This document shows positions 8,634 to 18,221 of a DNA stretch of 27,444 nucleotides, in pieces (within the stretch, counting starts at the first letter, position 1; each line of letters opens with the position of its first letter). The notes beneath the pieces were generated by a model, which saw only the letters and a list, made by a program, of their open reading frames with translations, did not search any database and had not been told where the DNA came from. This stretch comes from Gemmatimonadota bacterium (GTDB lineage: Bacteria > Gemmatimonadota > Gemmatimonadetes > Longimicrobiales > Gaopeijiaceae), in assembly GCA_039589315.1 (NCBI GenBank), contig JBDHHQ010000090.1:1-27444 (forward strand). The letters are read 5' to 3'. The position numbers and the translations under genes are program-made.

Positions 8634-8676
8634 AGCGCGAACGCCCCGGGCCGTCACCGCCCGGGGCGTTCGCGCT
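8634..8676. terminator. Perfect 18-bp inverted repeat between convergent genes (putative bidirectional terminator hairpin)
   Basis: AGCGCGAACGCCCCGGGC (8634-8651) pairs with GCCCGGGGCGTTCGCGCT (8659-8676) around a 7-nt loop. No U-tract. Confidence 0.5.
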
Positions 8677-9190
8677 CGAAGAAGCTGATGCAGGTGTCTC
8701 CGAGGTCGAGTCGCCGTACCGCCCTGGCCAGGGTGGCGGACTGGTGGTCCGACGCATGCTCGACGGTCAGGACGTGGCTGAACGGGACCTGGATCCACCG
8801 CTCGATCACCCGGTCCAGCTTCAGAGATCCGTAGGGCGGATCCGCGAACGCCACGTCGTAGGCACCGGCGTCCAGCCCCTCCACGAACCCGATCGCGTCC
8901 CTCTTGAAGACGCGGGCGCGGCGTCCGGCTCGAAGCGCCGCGACGTTGGCCTTCAGGGCATGAAGGCTGGCAGAGCCGTTCTCGACGAAGTCGCAGCCGT
9001 CGGCGCCTCGAGAGAGCGCCTCCAGCCCGAGGGCGCCGGATCCCGCGAACAGGTCGAGAACGCGGGCACCCTTCAACCGCCCGGAGAGGGCGTCGAGCCA
9101 GACGCCCCGAACCGCCTCGGAGGTGGGCCGGACCTTTCTGCCGGGCGACGTCAGGTCCCTTCCGGCCCACCGCCCACTGACGATCCGCAA
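8654..9190 (-). CDS. rsmD: 16S rRNA (guanine966-N2)-methyltransferase RsmD family
   Basis: Motifs RIVSGRWAGR, VRPTSEAVR, VLDLFAGSGALGLEALSRGA, DPPY and VEH. TTG start at 9190 with AGGAG 6 nt upstream. Confidence 0.9.
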   Translation of the reverse strand: MRIVSGRWAGRDLTSPGRKVRPTSEAVRGVWLDALSGRLKGARVLDLFAGSGALGLEALSRGADGCDFVENGSASLHALKANVAALRAGRRARVFKRDAIGFVEGLDAGAYDVAFADPPYGSLKLDRVIERWIQVPFSHVLTVEHASDHQSATLARAVRRLDLGDTCISFFERERPGR

Positions 9191-9325
9191 GACCAGCTCC
9201 TGGCTGGGTGATTCGGGGCGCGTCGCGCCGCTCGCTGCACGAGTGTAGTGTCGGCACGCCGTCTGCGTACATGGGAAGGGAATGACGGACCATGAACCCC
9301 TCGGGGAACGAGACCGGACGACTGC

Positions 9326-10105
9326 ATGATCGCGACCGATAGACGACGGACGAGGGCGGGCGGCGCGCTGCTCCTGGGCGGCGCGCTGCTCCTTCCGTCC
9401 CAGAGCGCCTGCATCACCGACCCGGTCGACGTGCCCGAGGGGTCCGAGCAGGCACTGCTCGCCGCTCGGCCAGACGAAGCGACCGAGCCCCTGGCTCCGG
9501 GGCGGCATCCCCTCTCCATCGGCTCGGGCCGGGACGGATTCCTCTACGTGCCGACAGGGTACGAGGCCGTCAATCCGGCGCCCCTGATGATCCTACTCCA
9601 CGGCGCCGGCGGCAGGGCAGACAACTGGGTTGGGGCCTTTTCGATCGCCGACTCCCTGGGCGTCGTCCTCCTGGCGCCGGATTCGCGCGGGCAGACGTGG
9701 GACGTGGTCCGGGGGGTGTTCGGTGTCGACGTGACCTTCATCGACCAAGCCCTGGAGAAGACCTTTCGCCACTGCAACATCGACCCCGGGCGAGTGGCGC
9801 TGGCTGGTTTCTCCGACGGCGCGTCCTACGCGCTCTCCCTGGGTCTCTCGAACGGGGACCTGGTCACGCACGTGGTGGCCTGGTCGCCGGGCTTCATGCG
9901 GCCCGCCGAGGCGCAGGGCGACCCGTCCATCTTCGTGTCCCACGGCACCAGCGACGGCATCCTGCCCATCTCGGTGACCAGTCGGCGGATCGTGCCGGAC
10001 CTGCAGGCTTCGGGGTACTCCGTCGTCTACGAGGAGTTCGACGGAGGGCACGAGTTGCCGCGGGAGATGGCGGAGCAGGCGTTCGGATGGTTCCTTGCTC
10101 CATAG
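9326..10105 (+). CDS. Alpha/beta hydrolase (phospholipase/carboxylesterase-like), probable lipoprotein
   Basis: LHGAGG, nucleophile motif GFSDG, HGTSD acid and GGH His. Hydrophobic N-terminus ending in SAC. Confidence 0.85.
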   Translation: MIATDRRRTRAGGALLLGGALLLPSQSACITDPVDVPEGSEQALLAARPDEATEPLAPGRHPLSIGSGRDGFLYVPTGYEAVNPAPLMILLHGAGGRADNWVGAFSIADSLGVVLLAPDSRGQTWDVVRGVFGVDVTFIDQALEKTFRHCNIDPGRVALAGFSDGASYALSLGLSNGDLVTHVVAWSPGFMRPAEAQGDPSIFVSHGTSDGILPISVTSRRIVPDLQASGYSVVYEEFDGGHELPREMAEQAFGWFLAP

Positions 10106-10356
10106 TCGGCGTCTCGACCGTGGTCGGGCGATCGCCGGGCCGACAGATCGCCGCCGCAGCGTATGCTCGCGAGCGAAGCACGACATCCGGCTCTGCGTCG
10201 CGCGGGCAACACTCTGCAACCTGTGGGAGGGTTCGCGCGTCCTACTAGATGAGGCCCCTCGGTGACAGGAACCTCAGGGCCCATCACGCCGTAGTGAGTA
10301 GTATCCATCCGCATCGCTCAGCGGCCTCGCCGGGCAGGGAACAAAGGGGGGAGATC

Positions 10357-11635
10357 ATGAGGGAGCCCACTCGAAGCGAAGACGCCACCAACCTGTCTCT
10401 CATCGCGGGGTCGGCCGTGGTCGCGGTCTTTCTGACCCTGGGGCTGGTGGCCGTCCCCTTCCTGTTCAGCCAACGGAACCGAATCCAACCGGTGGTGGAA
10501 GTGCAGCCGCTGGTAGACGTCAAGCCGCTGGTCAAGGTCACGCCGGTGGCGCCGGTCGCGCCCGTGGTCGTCGCTTCGTATGCCGGCAACGACAGGCTGT
10601 ACGGCACCGTCGTTGACAGATGGGGCCGGCAGTACACCGGCTACATTCGCTGGGACCGGAACGAGGGCAGCTGGGCGGATCAGCTGGACGCCACCAAGGT
10701 CGCCGACCGGCGGCGGCGAGTCACCTCCGGGATTCGCTTCGGTCACGTGGAGAGCATCGAGGTGCTCGGCCGCGAGCGTGCCCGACTCACGCTCAAGTCG
10801 GGCGACGAGTTCGTGCTGGGGTCCAACGCCACCGATCTGGGGACCGGCCTGAGGGCTCTCGTGATCGAGACCCCGGGTCACGGCGCGGCCGAGCTCGAGT
10901 GGCGGGAGCTGGGGGCCATCGACTTCATGCCCGCGCCCGACGCGGTGGAGGCCACCGAGCAGCGGATCCACGGAACGCTGACGACTCGGGCGGGACAGTC
11001 GTTCACCGGGTACGTGGCCTGGGATCGAGACGAGATCTACACCACCGACGTGCTCGACGGCGAACACGACGGGTACGACCGCGAGATCCCCTTCGGGGAG
11101 ATCTCTGCCATCGAGCGGCACAGCTCCAGCGGCGCACGGGTCGTTCTGCAGAACGGCGAGGAGATGATCCTCCGTGGCACCAACGACGTCGACGACTCCA
11201 ACCGCGGGATCACGGTCTCGGACGCTGGCCTGGGGCAGGTGGACGTGACCTGGGACGAGTTCGCAGGCGTCCCCGCCGGAGAGCCCGGTGCTTTACGGAC
11301 AGTTCGACGGTGGTCGGCGCATTCGGGGTACGGTGGTTACGGAGGACGGAGCGAGCCACTCGGGTGCCATCGCCTGGGACCGCGACGAGTCGTACACCTG
11401 GGAATTGTTGGACGGCGATTCCAGGGGCGTGGACTTCAGCGTCGAGTTCGGGAAGATCTCGCGGATCGCGAAGGCTCGCCGGGGATCCGTGGTCGAGCTG
11501 AACGACGGCCGCGTCCTCGAGCTTTCGGGCTCCAACGACGTCGACGATGGCAACCGGGGCATCGTCGTGGAAGGAGACGACGGGTCGGTGATGATCGACT
11601 GGGACGACTTCGTGGAGCTCCGCCTCGAGTCGTAG
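10357..11635 (+). pseudogene. Membrane-anchored hypothetical protein with three tandem ~115-aa repeats, frameshifted at ~11272
   Basis: ATG at 10357 followed by a TM helix. The repeat pattern GTV..G.I.WDRxE...LDG...FG.I..I...L..G...ND....RG occurs twice in this frame and a third time in the +1 frame (ORF 11288-11635). Confidence 0.8.
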
Positions 11636-11659
11636 CGCCGCACCGCCTCACGCGTCCGC

Positions 11660-11693
11660 AGGGCCCCCCGGCGAGCTGTCCCCGGGGGGCCCT
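11660..11693 (+). terminator. Putative intrinsic terminator
   Basis: 12-bp perfect stem AGGGCCCCCCGG / CCGGGGGGCCCT with a 10-nt loop and pyrimidine-rich tail, 25 nt after the stop at 11635. Confidence 0.6.
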
Positions 11694-11900
11694 TCCTCGT
11701 TCCGTCCGTCCGCCTCCACTGTTCCGTAGCGTTCCATGAAACGCGATCGCGCTGGTTCGCAGTCGAGCGAATGTCACTGCGCCTCAACGAGTTGGGGCTC
11801 CTTGGCCCCTTCCGGTCAACTCCTTGCCCAGGACGGGGCACGGCTTCCTGAGGAACGAAGCCGTCGGTTCCGAGCCACACCCCGTGCCGAGGAGGAGGAC

Positions 11901-12653
11901 ATGAAGAAGAGCCTGGTCATCACCGTCGCCGTGGCGGCGCTGGCTGCCTGCAACGAAGCCGCGGACGAAATGCCGATGGGTCCAGATCAAGATGCGCTGA
12001 CCGCCGAACTCGGGTTCGCTCCGGGCGGAGCGGCGCGCTACCGGGTCACCGTCTACAACCTGTCGGAGGGGCAGCCGTTCACACCCCCCCTCGCGGCCAC
12101 TCATCGTCAACCCATCTCCATGTTCCAGGTGGGTAGCCCCGCCAGCTACGAGATCCAGCAGATCGCCGAGAACGGCAACCTCACACCCATGAGCGACCTT
12201 CTGGGCTCGAGCGATCACGTGTTCGACGTGGTCACGGCCGGAGGCGATCCGCCTCCCGTCCTGCCTGGACAGAGCCGCTCCTTCTACATCGACTCCGCCG
12301 CAGGGGCGAAGTGGCTGTCGTTGGCGTCCATGCTGATCTGCACCAATGACGGCCTCACCGGTCTGGACTCCCAGCGGCTGCCGAAGCAGGTCGGTGAGTC
12401 CGTGAGCGTCTACGCCGACGGCTACGACGCCGGCACCGAGATGAACACGGAGGCGTGGAGCGACCTCGTTCCGCCCTGCGCCGTGATCACGGGCTTCGGC
12501 GACCAGGGCGGCACGGGCGCGAGCAATCCCGCTCTGGCCGAGGACGGCGTGATTCGCCGGCACCCCAACGTCCAGGGCACCGGGGATCTGCAAATCGATC
12601 CTCACCGCTGGGCCGAACCCGTGGCCAAGTTCGAGATCGAGCGCGTGCAGTAG
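11901..12653 (+). CDS. Spondin_N domain lipoprotein
   Basis: RBS GGAGGAGG. Lipobox MKKS...LAAC. Motifs YRVTVYNL, PFTPPLAATH, IAENGN, ASMLICTNDG and YDAGTEMNTE. Confidence 0.85.
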   Translation: MKKSLVITVAVAALAACNEAADEMPMGPDQDALTAELGFAPGGAARYRVTVYNLSEGQPFTPPLAATHRQPISMFQVGSPASYEIQQIAENGNLTPMSDLLGSSDHVFDVVTAGGDPPPVLPGQSRSFYIDSAAGAKWLSLASMLICTNDGLTGLDSQRLPKQVGESVSVYADGYDAGTEMNTEAWSDLVPPCAVITGFGDQGGTGASNPALAEDGVIRRHPNVQGTGDLQIDPHRWAEPVAKFEIERVQ

Positions 12654-12697
12654 ATCCTGACGGGCACGGCTCCCACCGGGGATCCCGATTCGAGACA

Positions 12698-12726
12698 GCG
12701 GCGGACGTGGCTCCCACGTTCGCCGT
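12698..12726 (+). terminator. Hairpin downstream of the spondin gene, possible terminator
   Basis: GCGGCGGACGTGG-CTC-CCACGTTCGCCGT stem with G-U pairs and a weak U tail. Confidence 0.4.
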
Positions 12727-12789
12727 TCGTCTGTCGAGCCACGCCACCACGCATTCCCCCGGGCCAGGGCCGCGCACCATATTGAAGGG

Positions 12790-15471
12790 ATGGACGCGAG
12801 CAGAAGAGAGCGAACCGAGCAGATCTTCCTCGATGCGTTGGACGTAGACGCCTCCGACCGAGCTGCGTTCATCACCGACCGCTGTGCCGGAGACGTTGAT
12901 CTGGTGGAGGACGTGCAGGCCCTCCTCGCGGCGCACCTGGCCCAGGGCATCTTCGAGCAGCCGGCGCCGCCCGTCCACGCGGCTCTGGGGCAGGCCGCCC
13001 CTCCCGGCGAGCCGCCTCTGAAGCAGGTGGGGCCCTACCGGATCCTGGAGCTCCTGGGCGAGGGCGGTATGGGGGAGGTGTGGCTGGCAGAGCAGCGCGA
13101 GCCGGTGCGGCGGCGAGTGGCGCTCAAGGTCATCAAGCTCGGGATGGACACCAGGGAAGTCGTGGCGCGCTTCGAGTCGGAGCGGCAGGCCCTTGCCATG
13201 ATGGACCATCCCGGCATCGCCAAGGTCCTGGCGGCGGGTGCGACGGATGCGGGCCGTCCCTACTTCGTGATGGAGCTCGTCCGAGGGGTTCCCGTCACCG
13301 AGTACTGTGATGCGCATCGCTTCACCACGAGTCAGCGGATCGACCTGTTCGCCCAGGTGTGCCGTGCGGTCCAGCACGCGCACCTCAAGGGCGTCATCCA
13401 CCGCGACATCAAGCCGTCCAACGTCCTGGTGGCGGAACAGGACGGTCAGCCGGTCCCCAAAATCATCGACTTCGGCATCGCCAAGGCAGTGCACGGCGAC
13501 CTGACCGACAGCACGCTTGTCACCCGCCTCGGCCAGCTCATCGGCACGCCCGCCTACATGAGTCCGGAGCAAGCCGAAGGCACGGGCCTCGACGTGGACA
13601 CGCGGACGGATGTCTACTCTCTTGGCGTGCTCCTCTACGAGCTCCTGGTCGGAGCGCTGCCATTCGACGTGAAGGCGGTCGCCGACGCCGCCGTGCGCAG
13701 CGCCATTCGGGACACCGAGGTCCCTCGCCCCAGCACACGTCTCACCGGCCTCGGCCACGACCGGGACACGGTCGCGAGCTACCGGGGCACCAGCCCCGAC
13801 GCCCTGCGTCGAGAGCTTCGTGACGACCTGGACTGGATCATCCTCAAGGCCCTGGAGAAGGACCGGGGCCGCCGCTACGAGACCCCGGGCGCCTTCGCCG
13901 ACGATCTGGAACGCCGCCTGGCGAGCGAGCCCGTCCTGGCTCGTCCGCCCAGCACCACCTATCGGGCGAAGAAGTTCCTGCGGCGGCACCGGGTCGGCGT
14001 CGGGCTCCTGAGCCTGGCGTTCGTGGCCCTGGTCGCCTTCGGCGTGACCGTATCGGTCCAGTCCGCTCGGATCGCCCGGGAACGGGACAAAGCCGTCCAG
14101 GTCTCCCAGTTCCTGGAGGACCTGTTCTCCGCCTCGGACCCGTTCGCGAACACGCGCCGCGACACGCTCAACATCGGGGAGTTCGTGACGTTGGGTGCCG
14201 AGCGGGTGCACACAGAGCTGCTGGACCAGCCCGAGGTGCAGGCGCAAATGCTGACGGTGCTCGGCCGTGTGCAGCGCAACCTCGGCAAGCTCCCCGAGGC
14301 GAGGGAGCTGCTCGAGGAGGCCCAGGAGCTGTGGACGGCCATTTACGGAGCGGACAGTCGGGAGGCGCTGGGGAATCAACAGCTCCTGGCGTTCACCCTT
14401 GCCGACGCTCGGGAGTCGGAGGAGGCCATAGAGCTCTTCACCCGGACCATCGAGGGACGTCGGCGCGCCGGTCTGGACCGGGGGACAGGCATGGCCGACG
14501 CCCTGACCGGTCTGGGCAACGCGCTCCAATCCGCCGGGCGGTTCGAGGGGGCCGAGGCGGCCTACCGAGAGGGCCTCGCGGTGATCCGCGCAGCGCCGGA
14601 TCGCGACGCCGCGAAGCTGGCTGCCAACCTCAACAACCTGGGCACCATCCTCGTCCGGCAGGCGCGATACGACGAGGCCGAGCCTCTCCTCAGGGAGGCA
14701 GTGGACATCGGCCGCGAAGAGTTGGACCCCGATCACCCGACCCTTTCCAGTTACCTCAACAACCTCGCGTTTCTGCTGGAGGAGCTCGGCCGTCTCGACG
14801 AAGCGGAGGCGCTCCACAGGGAAGCGTTGGCGATCGCGCGGAGTCGGTTCGGCGCGGAGCATGCCCAGATCGCCCGGTCGCTGAACAACCTGGGTGTGGT
14901 GTTGTTGGAGAAGGAGCAGTATCAGGAGGCCGAGTCTCTCCTGACCGAGGCCGTGCAGATGCGGCGATCCGTCTTCGGCGCCCGCAGCCCCAACGTCGCC
15001 GTGGCTCTCAACAACCTGGCCACCGTGCAGCGACGGACGGACCGGCCCGCCGAAGCCGAGGCCACCTTCCGGGAAGCGCTGGACATCTTCCTCGGGTCGG
15101 TGGGTCCCACGCATCCCCGGGTGGCCGGTGTCCGGCTCGGGATCGCAGGCGTACGGCACGACCGCGGCGACCACGAGGACGCCGTGGTGGAGCTGGAGCA
15201 GGCGCTGGCGATTCGTCGGGAGCGACTGGCTGCGGGTCACCCCCTCACCGCGAACGTCCTGTCCGACCTCGGGCGCTGCCTGACGGAGCTGGGACGGTAC
15301 GAGGAGGCCGAGAGCGCGCTCCTCGAGTCCCTCGGCATCAGCGAGGAGCGCCGGACCGAGAGCGAGGACAACTGGCGTCGCGACGTGGGCCGGCTGACCG
15401 ACCTGTACGATGCGTGGGGCAGGGAGGACGACGCGGCCCGGTACCGGCAGCTGTCCGCCGAAGCGGGCTGA
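12790..15471 (+). CDS. Ser/Thr protein kinase with a TM helix and C-terminal TPR repeats
   Basis: Motifs LGEGGMGEVW, VALK, HRDIKPSN, DFG and GTPAYMSPE. TM segment VGVGLLSLAFVALVAFGVTVSV. Repeated LNNLG/LNNLA...EAE.L.REAL TPR units. Confidence 0.95.
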   Translation: MDASRRERTEQIFLDALDVDASDRAAFITDRCAGDVDLVEDVQALLAAHLAQGIFEQPAPPVHAALGQAAPPGEPPLKQVGPYRILELLGEGGMGEVWLAEQREPVRRRVALKVIKLGMDTREVVARFESERQALAMMDHPGIAKVLAAGATDAGRPYFVMELVRGVPVTEYCDAHRFTTSQRIDLFAQVCRAVQHAHLKGVIHRDIKPSNVLVAEQDGQPVPKIIDFGIAKAVHGDLTDSTLVTRLGQLIGTPAYMSPEQAEGTGLDVDTRTDVYSLGVLLYELLVGALPFDVKAVADAAVRSAIRDTEVPRPSTRLTGLGHDRDTVASYRGTSPDALRRELRDDLDWIILKALEKDRGRRYETPGAFADDLERRLASEPVLARPPSTTYRAKKFLRRHRVGVGLLSLAFVALVAFGVTVSVQSARIARERDKAVQVSQFLEDLFSASDPFANTRRDTLNIGEFVTLGAERVHTELLDQPEVQAQMLTVLGRVQRNLGKLPEARELLEEAQELWTAIYGADSREALGNQQLLAFTLADARESEEAIELFTRTIEGRRRAGLDRGTGMADALTGLGNALQSAGRFEGAEAAYREGLAVIRAAPDRDAAKLAANLNNLGTILVRQARYDEAEPLLREAVDIGREELDPDHPTLSSYLNNLAFLLEELGRLDEAEALHREALAIARSRFGAEHAQIARSLNNLGVVLLEKEQYQEAESLLTEAVQMRRSVFGARSPNVAVALNNLATVQRRTDRPAEAEATFREALDIFLGSVGPTHPRVAGVRLGIAGVRHDRGDHEDAVVELEQALAIRRERLAAGHPLTANVLSDLGRCLTELGRYEEAESALLESLGISEERRTESEDNWRRDVGRLTDLYDAWGREDDAARYRQLSAEAG

Positions 15472-15531
15472 CGAAGCTCGGGCGGGCCCGGCGCATCAGG
15501 GTACGAGATGGCGCGGGCCTGGCCCCCGCGA

Positions 15532-16041
15532 TCATCCGCCCGCCCTCCTCTTCGCGTCCAGCGCCCAGCGGTCCTGCGCCAATGGCACGACCATCAAGAA
15601 CAGCAGGAGCACCAGCCGCGGGAGCACATGGGAGTGGAAAGCGAAGAGGGGCTCGGCCAGAAGGTGGCCGAAGGTGATGACGGCCAGCTCCAGACCCAGG
15701 GCGATCAGCGCCGACCGCCGCCACAGGCCGATCAGGAGCAGCGCGCCGGCCAGAAGCTCCAGGAACGGAATCGTCGTCCCGGCAACCCAGAGAGTCCACT
15801 CCGGTAGGAACGTCTCCGCGTAGGGCTCGACGAAGAACCGACGTGCGTGCTCGAGCGGCCCGATCCTGAAGACACGCCACACGCCGGGCATGAAGAACAT
15901 CAGGCCCAGATGCACCCGGGCCAAGAAGATCGCCCACGGGAGCAGGAAAGGGCCAGCCGATCCAGTCCCTGTGGAGGTCAGCGGCGTCTCGTCCGCCCCG
16001 GGAGGGTCACCCGGGTGCCCGGCAGGTTCCTGATGACTCAT
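15532..16041 (-). CDS. DoxX-family membrane protein
   Basis: ATG at 16041, 8 nt after the M24 stop. Motifs LARVHLGLMFF and IPFLELLAGALLLIGL. About four TM segments. Confidence 0.8.
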   Translation of the reverse strand: MSHQEPAGHPGDPPGADETPLTSTGTGSAGPFLLPWAIFLARVHLGLMFFMPGVWRVFRIGPLEHARRFFVEPYAETFLPEWTLWVAGTTIPFLELLAGALLLIGLWRRSALIALGLELAVITFGHLLAEPLFAFHSHVLPRLVLLLFLMVVPLAQDRWALDAKRRAGG

Positions 16042-16049
16042 CGGGTCGC

Positions 16050-17423
16050 TTACCGAATCAGATAGAACTCTGTCTGACGGCCGTCGATCCAATCCCACCC
16101 CTCCCGGAAGATCCCGGCGTCCTCCTCCAGAGCGAAGCGCGCTTCCTGGCCCCCCCACTCCGGGACCGCCTGCCGCACGTTCAGCTCGATGGAATGCCAC
16201 GTGTCCGGGTGGAAGACGCGGTCGCCCCGGACGGGCACCCCGTCCTGGTAATCGGTCATGCCGATGGGAGGACCAGCGGCGTGGCCGTGGTATCCCACGG
16301 CGTGACAGTAGATGGTGGGGTTCAATCCCTCCTCCCTTCCCTGGGCCAGCGCGCCGGCCAACGCCTCGTTCCCCGTGCCACCCAGGACCGCGTGCTGCAT
16401 GGTCAGGTCCTGGACCCGGTTCGCCGCGGCCAGACCGTCCTTGAGACCCTGCGGAACGTCGGTCTCACCGGGCCTGAGCACGTAGGCGTTGTGCTGGGTG
16501 TCGGTGGAATACCCCAGGTAGACGACCCCGAAGTCCGTGTGAAGCATGTCGCCGGGCAGGATCACGTGGCCGCGCGCGGGCGTCTCCTCGGGTAGACCCC
16601 CGTGTCGCTGGATGTTGATGGAGGGGTGGAACCAGCTGCTCAGGCCGAACTCGGCGACCCGCTGGCGCATCCACCACTCGACGTCGACATCGGTCGTCAC
16701 CCCGGGGACGATCACGCTGTTCGAGAACGCCTCGGCTATCACCTGGTGGGCGATGCGCATCACGTGACGGTACTGGGCGGTTTCCTCCGGCAGCTTCACC
16801 TCGAGCCAGCCCACGGCCAGCATCTCGGCGGAGGTCAGACGGGACGCGAGTGTCGGTCCGAGTGCAGCCTCCAGGTTGTCCCGCTCCTGGGCCGTGAGGC
16901 CATCGGCGTGGTTCCAGCGCGCGGAGACGTTGATCCCGATCGTGCCGGGATCTCGTTCCTCCACCAGCTGGCGCAGCCCCACGTACTGGGAGTCGTTGTG
17001 GGTCCGGAGGACCTCGAAGAGCCCGTCGTAGTCGAAGCGCCCTACGGAGATGCGCTCCACGCCGGCGCCCGGACCCCGGTCGTGGAAGAGCAGGATCGTC
17101 CGGCGGCGGGACGAGAACGTGGTCGGCGGCGCCATGGAGCGGAACACGGGATCGTCGTTGTACTCCCGGCTCACGATGATCCACATGTCGATACCCTCGC
17201 GGCGCATCAGACCGGGCAGCAGCGCCTCGAAGCGACGTTCGATCCGTTGCCGGATCAAAGGAGCCTGCTCCCGGTGCGTCAACACGCGGTTGTCAGGGAG
17301 CGTACGCTCGGCGACGGGGAGGCCCGTGGGGGTCGACGGCGCCTGGGCGACGGCGGGCGCTGCGAACGCCATTGCAGCCAGGGCGAGGCCAACGGGCCCG
17401 GCCAGAGAAGGCAGTCGACTCAT
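16050..17423 (-). CDS. M24-family metallopeptidase (Xaa-Pro aminopeptidase-like), secreted
   Basis: Signal peptide (AVA-Q). Candidate metal ligands in HTDFG, TDTQH, HAVGYHGH, SIEL and LEED. Confidence 0.88.
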   Translation of the reverse strand: MSRLPSLAGPVGLALAAMAFAAPAVAQAPSTPTGLPVAERTLPDNRVLTHREQAPLIRQRIERRFEALLPGLMRREGIDMWIIVSREYNDDPVFRSMAPPTTFSSRRRTILLFHDRGPGAGVERISVGRFDYDGLFEVLRTHNDSQYVGLRQLVEERDPGTIGINVSARWNHADGLTAQERDNLEAALGPTLASRLTSAEMLAVGWLEVKLPEETAQYRHVMRIAHQVIAEAFSNSVIVPGVTTDVDVEWWMRQRVAEFGLSSWFHPSINIQRHGGLPEETPARGHVILPGDMLHTDFGVVYLGYSTDTQHNAYVLRPGETDVPQGLKDGLAAANRVQDLTMQHAVLGGTGNEALAGALAQGREEGLNPTIYCHAVGYHGHAAGPPIGMTDYQDGVPVRGDRVFHPDTWHSIELNVRQAVPEWGGQEARFALEEDAGIFREGWDWIDGRQTEFYLIR

Positions 17424-17521
17424 GTTCGCGTTCCCTTGGTGTGAGTGGAGCATGCGGTCCTGGCGGTCCGGACCACGGGCGTGACGGAAACGTCGGTGGC
17501 GCAGCTACGGAAGGCGTGCAC

Positions 17522-18001
17522 TCAGCTCGGATCCATCCAGGCCGACCCGCCACCTTCGTCCCCATGTAGCTCGGCGAAGAACTCGGGGGTGGCCACGAAC
17601 AGCCCGCGGGCTTCGACCAGCACATCGTCGGAGCCCACGAGGTGCAGGTGAGCTCGGGCGTAGGCCTTACGGCCCTCCACCACGTCGAGCCACGCCTCGA
17701 CCTCGACGTCGGTCTCCACCGGTACCGGCCGACGGTAGTCCACGTTCAGGTTCGCGGCGAGCACCTGGTGGCCGGCCTTCCAGACCGCGGCGCCCATGGC
17801 CTCGTCGAGGACGGCCGCCACAGCGCCCCCGTGCACATGGTTCCGCGGACCCTGCTGGGCCCGGCCGAACTGGAATCGCGTGTGCACCCGACCGCCCGTG
17901 AAGTACCAATCGAGGCCCAACCCGTCCGGGTTTTCGGGCCCGCAGACGAAGCACGGGCCATGGTAGGGCAGGCGTTCTGTGTCGGAGGGGCTGGAGCTCA
18001 T
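17522..18001 (-). CDS. PaaI-family hotdog-fold thioesterase
   Basis: Motifs CFVCGPENPDGL, HGGAVAAVLDEAMG and LNVDYRRPVP. ATG at 18001. Confidence 0.9.
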   Translation of the reverse strand: MSSSPSDTERLPYHGPCFVCGPENPDGLGLDWYFTGGRVHTRFQFGRAQQGPRNHVHGGAVAAVLDEAMGAAVWKAGHQVLAANLNVDYRRPVPVETDVEVEAWLDVVEGRKAYARAHLHLVGSDDVLVEARGLFVATPEFFAELHGDEGGGSAWMDPS

Positions 18002-18221
18002 CTGGATGCCTGTGAGGCCCACGATCGGCCGGAAACGTCGTGAGGCCACTGATAACCTCGAGCCCGCGTCGCGTCGAGTACCTGGCGTTTGGCGACGCGC
18101 CGATCCTATTGTACGGGTACGATCGGGCGGCGGGCACCCCCCTCGCCGGGCGATCCCGGCCCGCCTCCTACTGTGGTGCAACACTAGGTCACATCTCTGC
18201 CCTCCACCCAAGAGCGAAGCC

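Noticed and set aside
11275..11739. C-terminal part of the 496-aa ORF 10249-11739
   Set aside because: Arg-rich out-of-frame read-through that crosses the terminator. The real coding frame is 11288-11635.
12487..15240. 917-aa antisense ORF opposite the TPR kinase, and many other long overlapping ORFs
   Set aside because: Shadow ORFs expected from high-GC codon bias. They have no recognisable motifs and overlap well-supported genes.
14500..15320. Recurring CTCAACAACCT-like DNA repeats
   Set aside because: They encode TPR LNNL motifs at protein-repeat spacing and are not a CRISPR array.
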